From contig NC_135673.1 of NCBI RefSeq assembly GCF_964188315.1, positions 10,850,001 to 10,914,000 of the forward strand: a stretch of 64,000 bases of DNA, read 5' to 3'. Of this stretch, positions 9,657 to 20,839 are shown in pieces. Position numbers and translations under genes: made by a program. The notes under the pieces are model-generated. The model made no database searches. It was not told the origin of the DNA and was given only the letters and a program-made list of their open reading frames with translations. The DNA comes from Podarcis muralis. Its lineage: Eukaryota. How positions within the stretch are numbered: the first letter of the stretch is position 1; every line of letters starts with the position of its first letter.

Positions 9657-10973
9657 CTAGAATTTATTCCATCTAAACTTGGAACTCTTTCTAGGGAATT
9701 GTTTTTCAAGTATGTTGTTAACATTATTAATCAAAGAAACATTGTATCTCCAGATCGTTGTGTCCCTAATGAGGTATTTTCCAGGGACCTCTTTTTCAAC
9801 ATACTGTCTGCAATGATAAAGAATTGCAATCTCTTTGGGAACTACCAGCGTCTTACTATAACCTTTGAGAATGGTGTGGACTGAAGTCTGAACCACTGCT
9901 CTTGGATTAACGATCATCTTTCTCTGATTACTAAACTTCAGTTTAATGGGCTCTCTGTAAATATGCTGCAGTATATTAGTTCCTGGGACCATTTTCCAGG
10001 ATGAAATGTTGAGTGTGTCTGTAGAGGAAAAGATATGCTGAGGAAATAAATGGTTCTCAAACAAGAAGATGCCTGTCTCTGGATTTCGATCCTCAAGATC
10101 GCTTACCATTGTTTTCCAACTCAGATGCTTAATGGGTAGGATAATTTCATCAATGTCATTAAGAACCACATATTTGCTCCTGTACATATTGCGGTAGATG
10201 CAATCATTTAGGACTGTAGCTTTCCCATAGTCCCAGTCTTTGGAAGAATACCAGAAAGAAGAGAAATTAACATATGAGAAAATTGGCCATGGAATAATAT
10301 CAATGGTGCCTTCTGCAACATAAAATTCCAATACTTTCTCTATGAGTTGGCTGCAGTTGTACATGTAGACCAGCACTTTCTGTGCACCAAGAATTTTATA
10401 CATTTCCATGCTTTGTATGAACTGCAAGACATTGCTGTAGTTTCCAAACATGACAGGGAGACAAAGGGTGAATTCAGCAGAAAATGAATCCTCGGGCACA
10501 CGGTTCTTAATTTCAAACCTTGGTAGCTTGTCGATTTTCCCTCTAGGAGATGAATGAATTGACACGTATTTTGGAGAGCACTTTCTGGGTTCCAAGCACA
10601 CGATATCTGCTGGACCAAAAGGGAAATCAGTTCTATCCAAGTGAATGTCTATGGCTGCTCTTATTATGGAGACGTGGCCATCATGACTACAGCAAAACCA
10701 ACAATAAAGGTCCTGTATTTTCTTGTAGCGCACTACTGCGATCACACGAGTTAGGTTTCCTTCTCTGTCATCATGATATGGTGAAATGATAAATGTTTTA
10801 TTATATTTTAAAGCTGTTATTGTACCATTGGCAATCTCACCTTTGCAGAGATCCGTTGACTGTATTGTTTGTGGCAGCAAAGGCGTTTGCATCAGCCACA
10901 AGTATGCTTCAAAGGACAGTACAATTAGAAAAGAAACTACCACCATAAAATTGTTTCTTCTACAGAAATACAT
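9657..10973 (-). CDS. Glycosyltransferase family 92 (DUF23), beta-1,4-galactosyltransferase GALT-1/beta4GalT(Gal)-like, 438 aa, coding sequence in one exon
   Basis: Intact ORF with type II membrane topology: short basic N-tail then TM VVVSFLIVLSFEAYLWLM. GT92 motifs LTLCLPVMFGNY, KVLVY..NCS, LNDCIYRNMYRSKYVVLNDIDEIILP (DxD) and C-terminal LYHCR. Eight N-x-S/T sequons. Confidence 0.9.
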   Translation of the reverse strand: MYFCRRNNFMVVVSFLIVLSFEAYLWLMQTPLLPQTIQSTDLCKGEIANGTITALKYNKTFIISPYHDDREGNLTRVIAVVRYKKIQDLYCWFCCSHDGHVSIIRAAIDIHLDRTDFPFGPADIVCLEPRKCSPKYVSIHSSPRGKIDKLPRFEIKNRVPEDSFSAEFTLCLPVMFGNYSNVLQFIQSMEMYKILGAQKVLVYMYNCSQLIEKVLEFYVAEGTIDIIPWPIFSYVNFSSFWYSSKDWDYGKATVLNDCIYRNMYRSKYVVLNDIDEIILPIKHLSWKTMVSDLEDRNPETGIFLFENHLFPQHIFSSTDTLNISSWKMVPGTNILQHIYREPIKLKFSNQRKMIVNPRAVVQTSVHTILKGYSKTLVVPKEIAILYHCRQYVEKEVPGKYLIRDTTIWRYNVSLINNVNNILEKQFPRKSSKFRWNKF

Positions 10974-11001
10974 CTTTACTCCTGGCCTTGCAACAAAGTG
11001 C

Positions 11002-11030
11002 CTGTAACTGAAATGGAAAAGCAGGGAGAG
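11002..11030 (-). promoter_or_regulatory. Splice acceptor just upstream of the GT92 start codon (implies a non-coding 5' exon)
   Basis: The minus strand reads ctctccctgcttttccatttcagttacag|GCACTTTG..., a polypyrimidine tract with two AGs 6 nt apart. The proximal AG is 28 nt before the ATG. Confidence 0.65.
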
Positions 11031-11759
11031 AATGTTATTATCAACTTACTCAAAACCAAGAAACCAATTTTAAGGAGACTTAGAAAGATGCTTAACAAGG
11101 CCTTAAAATATTGAATAATTGTGACACTGGAATACATGCCAACTCATAATGATGATATTATGTGTGATCAGATCTCCCATATATGAAATATCTTCTCACA
11201 CTCCCTAACCATAAATTAGTCCAGTTTAGTTCCTCACACTCCTACTAAGGGGGACTTTGCTTTATCCTCCTGGAGAGGATGGGAGTGGGGAGTGATTTAA
11301 ATAAGCTTCCCTTCTGCTATAAATGACCCCCCCCCTTTACTTTCTGTATCTCCTCCCTCCTCCCCAACACCAATAAATGTGGGATAATTCTTCTATACTG
11401 TACAGTATAGACAAAAAGACAATATCATCCCTGCCCAAACAAGACAAGTTACTCCAGCTTTATAGATGAGCTCTCTGACCCATGTTAAAAAGCTATCCCT
11501 TACCCCAAATAAAAAGTTATTAGCTAGCGCCATACTTATTTATGTGGGTTTCTCTCATCCCCCCTCCTAGTCTGTGAGAAATACCTCTCAACTCTTGCAA
11601 ATTCGGGATTTTCTGTCTCTCCCCCCCACCCCCAGCACCTATTCATAAAGGGTTCCTATCCGTTTTCCTTTCAAAATGGCGTTTGGTCATTCCTGCTACT
11701 ATTAATAAAGTTACCACACGGTCCCCAAACTGGTAAGGGGATGGCACCCCCCACTCCAT

Positions 11760-12440
11760 TAATATGCGCGCTTCCCTTCCTTGTTCATGGATCCAGGACC
11801 CACCCCCCAATATACAAAGTGTGTTTGTGGTGGTGGGGGACGTGTTTCCCCAGCTATAGAAGGTTGTTGTGATCTGCTCTCCTCTCCCCCCATAACGAGG
11901 GAGCGTATTCTTCACCAACAGAATGGGGGGGCGGGGGCGGTTAGAATTACCTCTTATACAAGGATTTGTCACGAAGCGGGAAGAAAGCGCGATTTAAAAG
12001 AAACTTAAGACCTGCTCCTTCCTGCCCTCCTACCTCCCAGCACTTTAAGGCCTCTGAGGACAGAAAGAAAAGGCGGGAAGCGTCCCTTTAACTGCATCCT
12101 GAGGGGATTTTTTTTTTTTAAGGCTGCAGTTAAAGGGACGCTTCCCGCCTTTTCTTTCTCTTCAAGTCATCTTTCCCCTGAAATGGCTCCTGGGCGAGTG
12201 CGATGGAAAGAAAACGGACATATCCGTCTAGGGAGCAAAAAGACAACAACACAAATGAACAATCTTCTTCAAGGTAACAGTTTAAAATAGATCAAAAAGT
12301 TAACTGTTTTTAGACTGTGAATATGACCTCCCCTACATGGCGCGCGCGCACCAGGAGTGGGGAACCCTGCCCTCAAGATAGCAGTTTAAATAGATTAACA
12401 CGTGTAACGACGACGACGGTGGATAAACGGATCAAGAAGG
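11760..12440. promoter_or_regulatory. CpG-enriched segment, candidate promoter / first exon of the GT92 gene
   Basis: About 30 CpGs counted by eye in about 700 bp, well above the flanks. Contains a GC box-like gggggcgg, ggcgcgcgcgca, and a minus-strand donor-like GAG|gtaatt at 11951/11950. Confidence 0.4.
12062..12159. repeat. Near-perfect inverted repeat (39-bp arms, 1 mismatch, 20-nt spacer)
   Basis: 12062-12100 agaaagaaaaggcgggaagcgtccctttaactgcatcct versus the reverse complement of 12121-12159. Confidence 0.95.
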
Positions 12441-12599
12441 TAACATTATTATTTATCTCATTTCGCTCTGGTGGTTTAAATCTAGGGGCCCTTTTCTGTT
12501 CTGCCCTCAAAATGTAGCCTCTCACTTCCCCTCCATCTGCCCCTGCCCAACCAATGTATTGTTTTAGAGATCGTTAATGCCCTATTGATTTTTCAGCCA

Positions 12600-12815
12600 T
12601 ATAATATGCCCTTTGTGTTAACTGCAATGTTTAGCTTATTTTTCGTTGTTGTTTTGTTAATTTTGTTTTACAGATTGTAATTGTTGATGTTTTCTTAATC
12701 ATTTTATAGGACTTGCAATGTATTCGCAATGCTCTTACTATTGTTCTTGATTGTTTGTAAGCTGCTTTGAGATTCATTTGAATGAAAAGTGGCATAGAAA
12801 TACAATAATAAGATA
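12600..12815 (+). mobile_element. L2-type LINE 3' tail
   Basis: A T-rich tract followed by tgtaagctgctttgag...gaaaagtggcatagaaat...aataa, a typical L2 3' terminus. Confidence 0.55.
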
Positions 12816-12840
12816 AAATCTGTTCGAAAAGGGGACGGGG

Positions 12841-12920
12841 AAGGCAGCTGGAGTCTTTAAAAATCGCCTCAGAAAAAAGAAAGAAAGCCTGAGGGGATTT
12901 TTAAAGACTCCAACTGCCTT
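12841..12920. repeat. Inverted repeat (32-bp arms, 2 mismatches)
   Basis: 12841-12872 aaggcagctggagtctttaaaaatcgcctcag versus 12889-12920 ctgaggggatttttaaagactccaactgcctt. Confidence 0.92.
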
Positions 12921-13160
12921 TCCTCAGGGTGGGATGGGAAGAAAATTGAGACAAACTCTTGGTAAAACCTGCCTTTTAATAACAGTTATAACGATGGTGA
13001 TGATTATGTAACCTATCGCTTTCTTTTTATAAAAATAGCTCAAGGCAACTTAAAACATGCATATGAAAACCAGCATAAAACAAAACACATAAAAATCTCA
13101 AGCACCTTCATATTTTTAAAAGTCAGTAGGACTAAAAAATCCTACCCATCGATAATAAAA

Positions 13161-13231
13161 GAATCATAGAACGTAGAGTTGGAAGGGATCCTAAGGGTCA
13201 TTTAGCCCAACCCCCTGCAATGCAGGAATCT
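13161..13231 (-). mobile_element. CR1 LINE 3' end fragment
   Basis: gaatcatagaacgtagagttggaagggatcc...tagcccaaccccctgc, the reverse complement of the CR1 terminus with its (ATTCTATG)-type tail. Confidence 0.75.
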
Positions 13232-13322
13232 CAAAGGGCACTTTCCCTACTTTCTAGGACCCTTCCCCAATGGCATAAGGTATAAATATTTATATTTAGG
13301 GTTGGCAGCCACTAATCTGAGG

Positions 13323-13961
13323 GCCATCACCTCCTGGCAAATAGAAGGGGAAGAAATGGAGGCAGTGAGAGATTTTACTTTCTTGGGCTCCATGATCACT
13401 GCAGATGGTGACAGCAGTCATGAAATTAAAAGACGCCTGCTCCTTGGGAGAAAGGCGATGGCAAACCTAGACAGCATCTTAAAAAGCAGAGACATCACCT
13501 TGCCAACAAAGGTCCGTATAGTAAAAGCCATGGTTTTCCCAGTAGTGATGTATGGAAGTGAGAGCTGGACCATAAAGAAGGCTGATCGCCGAAGAATTGA
13601 TGCTTTTGAATTATGGTGCTGGAGGAGACTCTTGAGAGTCCCATGGACTGCAAGAAGATCAAACGCATCCATTCTGAAGGAAATCAGCCCTGAGTGCTCA
13701 CTGGAAGGACAGATCCTGAAGCTGAGGCTCCAATACTTTGGCCACCTCATGAGAAGAGAAGACTCCCTGGAAAAGACCCTGATGTTGGGAAAGATGGAGG
13801 GCACAAGGAGAAGGGGACGACAGAGGACGAGATGGTTGGACAGTGTTCTCGAAGCCACCAGCATGAGTTTGACCAAACTGCGGGAAGCAGTGGAAGACAG
13901 GAGTGCCTGGCGTGCTCTGGTCCATGGGGTCACGAAGAGTTGGACACGACTAAACAACAAC
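13323..13961 (+). mobile_element. 5'-truncated BovB LINE
   Basis: Highly similar to 1315-1960, with an open frame and a (CAA)n tail. 9-bp TSD aatctgagg at 13314-13322 and 13962-13970. Confidence 0.97.
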
Positions 13962-14731
13962 AATCTGAGGAACCCAGCACTATAGAGCACAGTAGGAGTA
14001 GGCCTGAGGCGGAAACCTGCCAGTTCCCAGTCTTCAATCATTCAGTGTTCCCACCCTAAGTCTACTTTAATAATTTGACTGAAAGGATTAATGCATTCAC
14101 CTTGATAAGCCTGTTTGGACTTCCCCCTCTCAGAACACTCAGATTCACTTAACCAAAACACTAGTTTTATTATTGTAACCCATAAGATCTGTGCTGTATG
14201 AGGCCAAAGGTTAATCTAGTCCATCCTGTTTTTGTAGTGGCCACTTAGATGCCTCTGGTAACTCGCACTTGTGATTCCCGGTAACACATTCAGAAAGCAT
14301 GGTGCCTCTGAAAGTGAAGGGAGAATGCAAAGTATAATTTAGCTACAGAAATAAAAGCAAAATGATGCCCAATACTTGCCTATAATTGGCACAGTGAGAA
14401 AACAGTGTTTACTAGGTTACAGAAAAACTACACATGAACTGAAGGAGCTACCTTATGCTGAGTCAGACCTTTTTTAGAGCAACATTTTCTGTGTCTTTTG
14501 TATTGGTGGAACCCAGAGTTGTCCAGTCATGTTGAATGGTGGGAGATTCAGGATGGAGACAGCATACAATTAAACTATGGAATGTATTAACACAAAGATG
14601 TGCTGATACTCACCAACTTAAGACTGCTTAAAGCAAAGTATAAAGTATAAAGCAAAGTATAAAGCAAAAGGGGAATGCCTGTTTCTCTTTCAGTATAATT
14701 TGTTCTAGTCAGGTCAAGTCAGGAGTGTATT

Positions 14732-15074
14732 TAGGGGTTGGCCCCTAAGGCCGCAGGCCAAAAACTGGCTCCATTGCAGCAGCCCTGCAAGACCCCCTCC
14801 AGTTGGCCAGTGGCGCTTTTAGTTCCTTGCCAAGGGTGAAACCACCATCCCAATCTACCTTCATACAATGGAGAGACCTGCATTGTCCCAGACTTGTACA
14901 AGCCTGGGTGAAACCACCTCAGCTCTCGAGGTGAGAGCTGGAAAAGTTTCATCCGGTGTCTTGCGGGCAGAGGCCAATGCAGAATGTTTTTTCAACACTG
15001 CAGTATACCACCAAACCACAATGTTTGGCTGGTGACACATCACAGTGTTGAAAAGCTGATATCGTCCAGCCCTA
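14732..15074. mobile_element. Probable decayed hAT-type non-autonomous element
   Basis: The right end ctgatatcgtccagcccta is a TAGGGCTGG.CGATATC-type TIR. There is an internal 12-bp inverted repeat at 14989-15000/15043-15054. The left end and TSD are unclear. Confidence 0.4.
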
Positions 15075-16499
15075 ACCTCTGGGAACAGAGACACATTGCG
15101 TCTGGGTACTAGTCTCTCTCGAGGACCAACAGCAGGAGAAGGATATTGCACTTAATCATGCTTGTGGTTTTCCCATAGTCACATGGGAGGCCACTTCAGC
15201 AGGCCTTTGGTCTGTTCTTAGTTTTCCCCGAGAAAACATTTTATGTACATAAAACTGTAACCAACCTGATGCCTCTAGGAAGCCTGCATGCAGGACATTA
15301 AAGAGCTCTCTCCTAACATCCCCTACACCTGAAATTCAGTGGCATATAACTGTAAAAGTTCTCTTTGCAGTATCATTGAGTATAGTGCTATTCAAGAGCT
15401 GTGTGAAAATTTTGACAGCTTCACTTGACACCAAGGGCCACTTCTAATGTTGTTTTTCCCTATTCAGGTTTTTTTTTGGGGGGGGGAGCATGTAGTCGAG
15501 AATTAACGATAAAATGCCAGCAAATTTGTGTGAACAGTTTGATGAAAGTCTTAGCAGCTTTTGCCTGACTGTTTTCCCCAACATTTTCTAGTTTTCTTTA
15601 TACATATTTTATTCTTGTCAGGCTTTATGGAATTGTCTTTTATTCTTCGGAACCTCAACAGAAACAAATTCAACTTCCTGAACCCTGGAGGCTTCTGCCA
15701 ATACCCATTGCAGTTTCAAATATAAATTTCACTGATATCACAAAGGATAGAAGCCTTTTATTTTTAAAAAACAAGAAAAGTTGAAATCCTCAAGAACACT
15801 AATTCTGCAAAGTTTTTAGGTTTTGGAAACTCTTGGGCAAGTGGACCAACTGTCTCTGAATCGGGCCGTCTCTTCTTTAACCCTGCCACTGCTGCCCATT
15901 TGCTTCCCCACTTTCAGCCCAATCCACTCAGCAACTAGGAGGGGGAGTGCAAAGCAAGTTGGGTGTGCTGCTCTATATCCTCACTTAATGTAGTTAGTTG
16001 TACACTCATTGAAGGCAGCAGCATCAAGGGGCAAAAGCAGCAGAGCCAGAAAGTTCTTGATCAGCAAACATCCTCTTCAGGAATGTGGCCCTTGGCAAGA
16101 GCCTGACAATGCTAACTTGGCCTCCCCAGACTTCTTTATCCGCACCTGGTAAACAACAACCTATTGCGTGTGAGTAGCTGCTAGTGGAAATCACGCTTTT
16201 GTGTTACTCCTTTGGGGGGTGATGAGGATGAGGGTACTGCTGCTGCATGACTGCTTGTGGATGTGAGAGATTGGATGAGCTGGGCAAGGGGTGTATGTGT
16301 GTTAGTTAACCTGGCTCCCAAGTGAAAGGTGGAATGCCGGGGAGCTGCATGTTAAGTGACAGCATGGATGCTGTTGACAAATGCACAACCAGTGTAATTG
16401 TGATCTGCTATTTTATATTAATTGCATTTTTCTTTTATATTAATATGTTCATAACTTTGGGGGCCTTTGGGTCAAAAAGCAGTTATAAATCATACGTGT

Positions 16500-17285
16500 A
16501 AAATATGTGCTAAAGAAAGAAAACTATATTTTATTTTTACATTAAAGTTTTTAATTAGTGAAACAATTATCATCAATGTAACAAGCTGAAAAATACAGCA
16601 ACCTGATAGAAGACTGAGGTAACAAAATACTGTGCCAAAAACCTAAAAGACTCCCACACAAGAGTTAAAAGTTCAGTGGTTATTATGAGAGACAATTCAC
16701 AAGATTTTTTAGAAAGAGGCCTTACACAAATGGCATGCAGTGGGCTGCTGGAATACAGCTAAAAGTAAAAATAAAATAAAATAGTGCAACAGTTCTCACA
16801 AGAAACAAATTGAAATATAGAAATTGGTTTACATCACAATGTGACAAATGGGTCAAAAATTGAATACTATTGTCTATACCTTGACTGAGTGCTAATTGGA
16901 AAAACATGCATTTTGGCACTAAGTTTACTTTTAAATTACATACACGCTAATAAATTAATAATAAATAATATTGCTCAATACAGCTAAACAAATCATTAAC
17001 AGTCATCCTGAAAATAATTTGATAGGGACCCTTTTGCAGAATAGCTGAACAAAAAGACTAGCTTTGTACATTTATCACTGTTCACTAGGACCTGATCCAG
17101 TAATCTGTTCTGGGCATAGGAATACTGATGTGCAGTATGGGGTTATCTCACCTGCACCAGCACCACTATTCATTTCAAAGGACAAAGCCAATTTGCCTTT
17201 GCACATGTGGATCTGTTGCCACCATTGAAATTATTTGAACTGTTTTCAAGCACAAGAGCTGAGTGTGAGTTTGTGTGTATTTTTA

Positions 17286-17317
<32 letters not shown>

Positions 17318-20300
17318 TGCCAGGGCACAGTTTTTGTGATATGCTTTGAGGGAGGTGGTATTTTAAATAGTACCAATATGCATCACTTGAATTCACAGTA
17401 AAAGGTGCACACACACAAAAATCAGTAGCTAAGTAGAGCTTCATGCTTTTATAGGACGAGAACCATTTAAATGTGGATTATGCTAATAACAATTTCCATA
17501 TACTGTACTAACACTCGTTTATTTCATCTTCTCAAAACACTGCAGTAAAGATGCTTATATTGCTGAATACTGCATCATATCACACAACTCATTATTCTAC
17601 AACTTTCCATGTCCATATACAACAAATCAAAATCATGGCCAGCCATTTGCATCACTGGTTCTTGCTTTCTTTTCTTAAAAACAAAAACAAAACAAAACAT
17701 TCCAAATGCAGATTTGCAGAGGGACTTTCAAGTAGCTTAATTCCAAGAGATTTCCCCCCTCTACAGATGCATGCAAGTTTCATTCATTACAAAAGGAGAT
17801 TTCCCCTCTCATGGGTGTCACCATGACAAGTGTTATTTTCATTAATGCAATGTCATTATCAAGGACTGTGCTGATTTCTGATCCAAATTCCTTTGGATTG
17901 AGGTGCTTGATGTAAAAGGGTGGAGGCTGATGAGATTTGGGAGGCATTTTTCTTGTGATGTGGGGATTCTTCACAAGCCAAAATATTTTCCCTTGTTTAT
18001 CCAGTAAGTAAAATATAAAGCAAAATACAGATCTGCTTTCTGTGAGTGTTTGTTCTGAAAGAGTTTTGCAGCCAAATACCACACATTCTTACTTAGAAGG
18101 CCCACTAGATTCAATGGGACTTATTTCCTCATAATTTACCTAGTTTTCCAGCCTTCATGGTTGACAGCTGTTTCTGTCCACTCAGGGGCATCTAATAAAC
18201 TCCCTTTGCCTTCAATAGTGTATGGTTTTTGGATGTAGCCACTGTAATTTCAGTTTGTGGTTCACACTGACTTATGAACAAGCCAGTAAGTGTAAGCATT
18301 TATTATTTAGGTTTAAATGTTGCTCTTCTGACTAACTGTGAGCACCTGGATTACTGATGAATCATTATATAACTAGGTCTTGGAACTTATTCTGAGCAGT
18401 TCAAATTTATTTTGCTTCAAATATGTTTTGACGAAAGAGCTACAGTTTGTATTCTAACCAATGCATATTTTAACCCCTAAGGGACTGAGGTAAAATTTAC
18501 CATACAGATTGTTCTTCTCCATCCGATTATTTGATTGGTAGGCAACCCAAACACCACTGTTTTTCCTTAAGCCATTCGTTGACAATGGAGTCACTAAATT
18601 ATGCATGTCATAATTCCCTTTCTATAGTATTTGGTCTTTGGCAGCATGAGAAGGCCTAGTCCTTTTAACCATTTATTAGTTTCCCTGCATCAGGTGGGTG
18701 CTCCTTGCATTTTTGGCATCCTTGGAAGTTACAAAGGATAAAATTCAGGCTGGGCTGTCAACGGAAAGGTCCTTTGATTTAATACAACTGTAGAAGTGAT
18801 GATAATGTTATCCATGGTTTTGTAATGAGTTTCTGGATTAAATACGGACATTTAAAACTTGAGTACATGCCTGGATGAGGCTAATTATTTAGTATAAAAG
18901 AATGGTGTTGGCTTTTCAGCATTAAGTAGGAGGTTTGGAGGTCAGACTTTTAATAACCATCATTCAGCTGGCAAGAAGTGTCTCTTTCTGCATCCTGCAG
19001 GTAGGTGGGATATTATCAGCACATATATGCAGAGAAGTTACAAAATCATACACCTTTGCTTTTGATGGCAAATCCAGAGAAATGTTCTTCTTGAAAAAAC
19101 AATCCAAACATGTAAACTCCATCTCTCTGTACAAGAGAACCCTTCAAAATTGTATCCCAACACATTATGAGATGGTGATGGCTGAAAAGAGAATTCCATT
19201 CATTGGCCGATGATAAGAGTTTGTTGATAGACCTATAGATATCCTATTACAACTACCTCACTCTCATGAATTTAGCTTTTGGATTGGCAAGAAAGCCAGC
19301 TGTCCAGCTCCCAACTGTAAAAAGGGTGTTTGGGGATACATCTTGCTGTAAAATTGCCTATTGCCCCTTTTGGGTAGCTTACTAGATTCAGTAACTAGGT
19401 TCTCTTTGACAGCCAGTTTCATACTGGATTTCAGTCTTAGATCTATGACACAAGCATACAACATAATATTTAAAAACAATACAGTCAACAGACATTGAAC
19501 ATTAAAGGAAATTATTTAAAATAAAAATATTCAAAGATTAACAATATCCAATTAGATCAATAGACAGCATGCCCTTGCCAGAGCTTTCTTCAGATGCAGA
19601 GTTCTGTTAATCCGAAATGGCTTCCCATGTTTATTAAAAGCTGTACCACTTAGTTGTAGTCTTGCAGATGTTCAGTGGCTGAGTGCTTACTGACTGCTAT
19701 TCATATGTTAGGAAATGAGGGAAAGGGAGATAATCAATGTATTCTTTCCTTGCTGAATACAGCCTTAACACTGATTTTCTGTGAAAGAAAGGTATGTGAA
19801 GTATCAAAAAAGGTGGGCTCAGGAAGGATATACTGGCAACCGCCCCCCACCCCCAGAGAAAGGGAGAGGGTGTAACCCCTTATCCCAAGGCAGGAATGCT
19901 CTTGCAACTTAACTGATCGAGCAGATGCCCTGTGTCCCAGAAGACCCGGGGGGAGGTGACACACAGCTAGACATTTTTTATGAATAGCACCCACAGTAAA
20001 AAGAAAAACAAATAATTTAAGGCAAATATTTCTTTTTGGAGTGAAAGAACCCAGGAGGAGCGTTAACACCAACTGATTTTTCAGCAGCAAGAGACCCTTC
20101 ATTTGCCTGGGCACCTGTAGTTAATTAAAACAAAGCAGCACAACCAATTACAAGAAACAAACACTAAATTGAAGGTGGTTTATCTTGTGCCAAAATACAC
20201 ATTTCTCAAATAGCTCAGGTATGAACATTGGTTTGTCCCTATGTTTGATACAAAATCTGAGGCAGCCACATTGCCAAGCAACTCAGTGCACTTAAGGTTA

Positions 20301-20809
20301 TAAAAACGTTGTTCCACAATGTCCTATTCTAATTGACACTTTGCAGCAAAGTTAACACTGTCATCATTTTGTGCATTAGAAATAATTGAAAACCCAACAT
20401 GGGCTAAATGTTCTTCAGTCACATAAAGCAGCTCAACAATAAAAAGAGCAGTTAAAAAAAAAAATCCGCAGAAGATGTGATGCACAGTTTGTGGCAGAAC
20501 AGAAATCCACGGTAGTCTGTGACCACAAAGCTAAAGTCAAGGATCCTGCCCTAAGCAGGTTATATCTTCAATCAGTCTAAATCACCTCTCTCATCAGTGC
20601 ATTGAGTTAGATCCTGTCCTAAGGACAACATTCACTTTCTGCTTTTAGAAGCTGTGTCATAATTACTTTCAAGTTATATAAGAAAAGTGCTGAAGTCACT
20701 GTTACAGACAGCTGGCTCACTCTAGAGTCCCCTTCCTCCATTTTCCTGTGGGAATGATTTTCCCATCCTGCAGTTTGGCACTTGAAGTCACATCACATAC
20801 TGGAGCACG
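16500..20809 (-). other. RALGPS1: RALGPS1 3'UTR (3' limit uncertain)
   Basis: Follows the stop codon in the last exon and is an AT-rich stretch of about 4 kb almost free of TEs. Several AATAAA/ATTAAA candidates exist (e.g. tttatt at about 16517 and 17517), and the one used cannot be determined. Confidence 0.55.
17285..17317. repeat. (CA)n microsatellite
   Basis: Read directly from the sequence. Confidence 0.95.
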
Positions 20810-20839
20810 TTATTCAAATGACATAAGGTTTGCAGGTAC
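20810..20839 (-). CDS. RALGPS1: RALGPS1 last coding exon (VPANLMSFE*)
   Basis: ag|GTA CCT GCA AAC CTT ATG TCA TTT GAA TAA, matching the recalled RALGPS1 C-terminus. Confidence 0.95.
   Translation of the reverse strand, partial: VPANLMSFE

Noticed and set aside
11643-12008. 109-aa and 75-aa ORFs as viral, L1 or host coding sequence
   Set aside because: No recognisable motifs. They are of chance length for GC-rich DNA, and show no mitochondrial or viral signature.
13302-13985. 227-aa ORF as a host gene
   Set aside because: It is a truncated BovB C-terminus bounded by a TSD, with a non-ATG start in flanking DNA.
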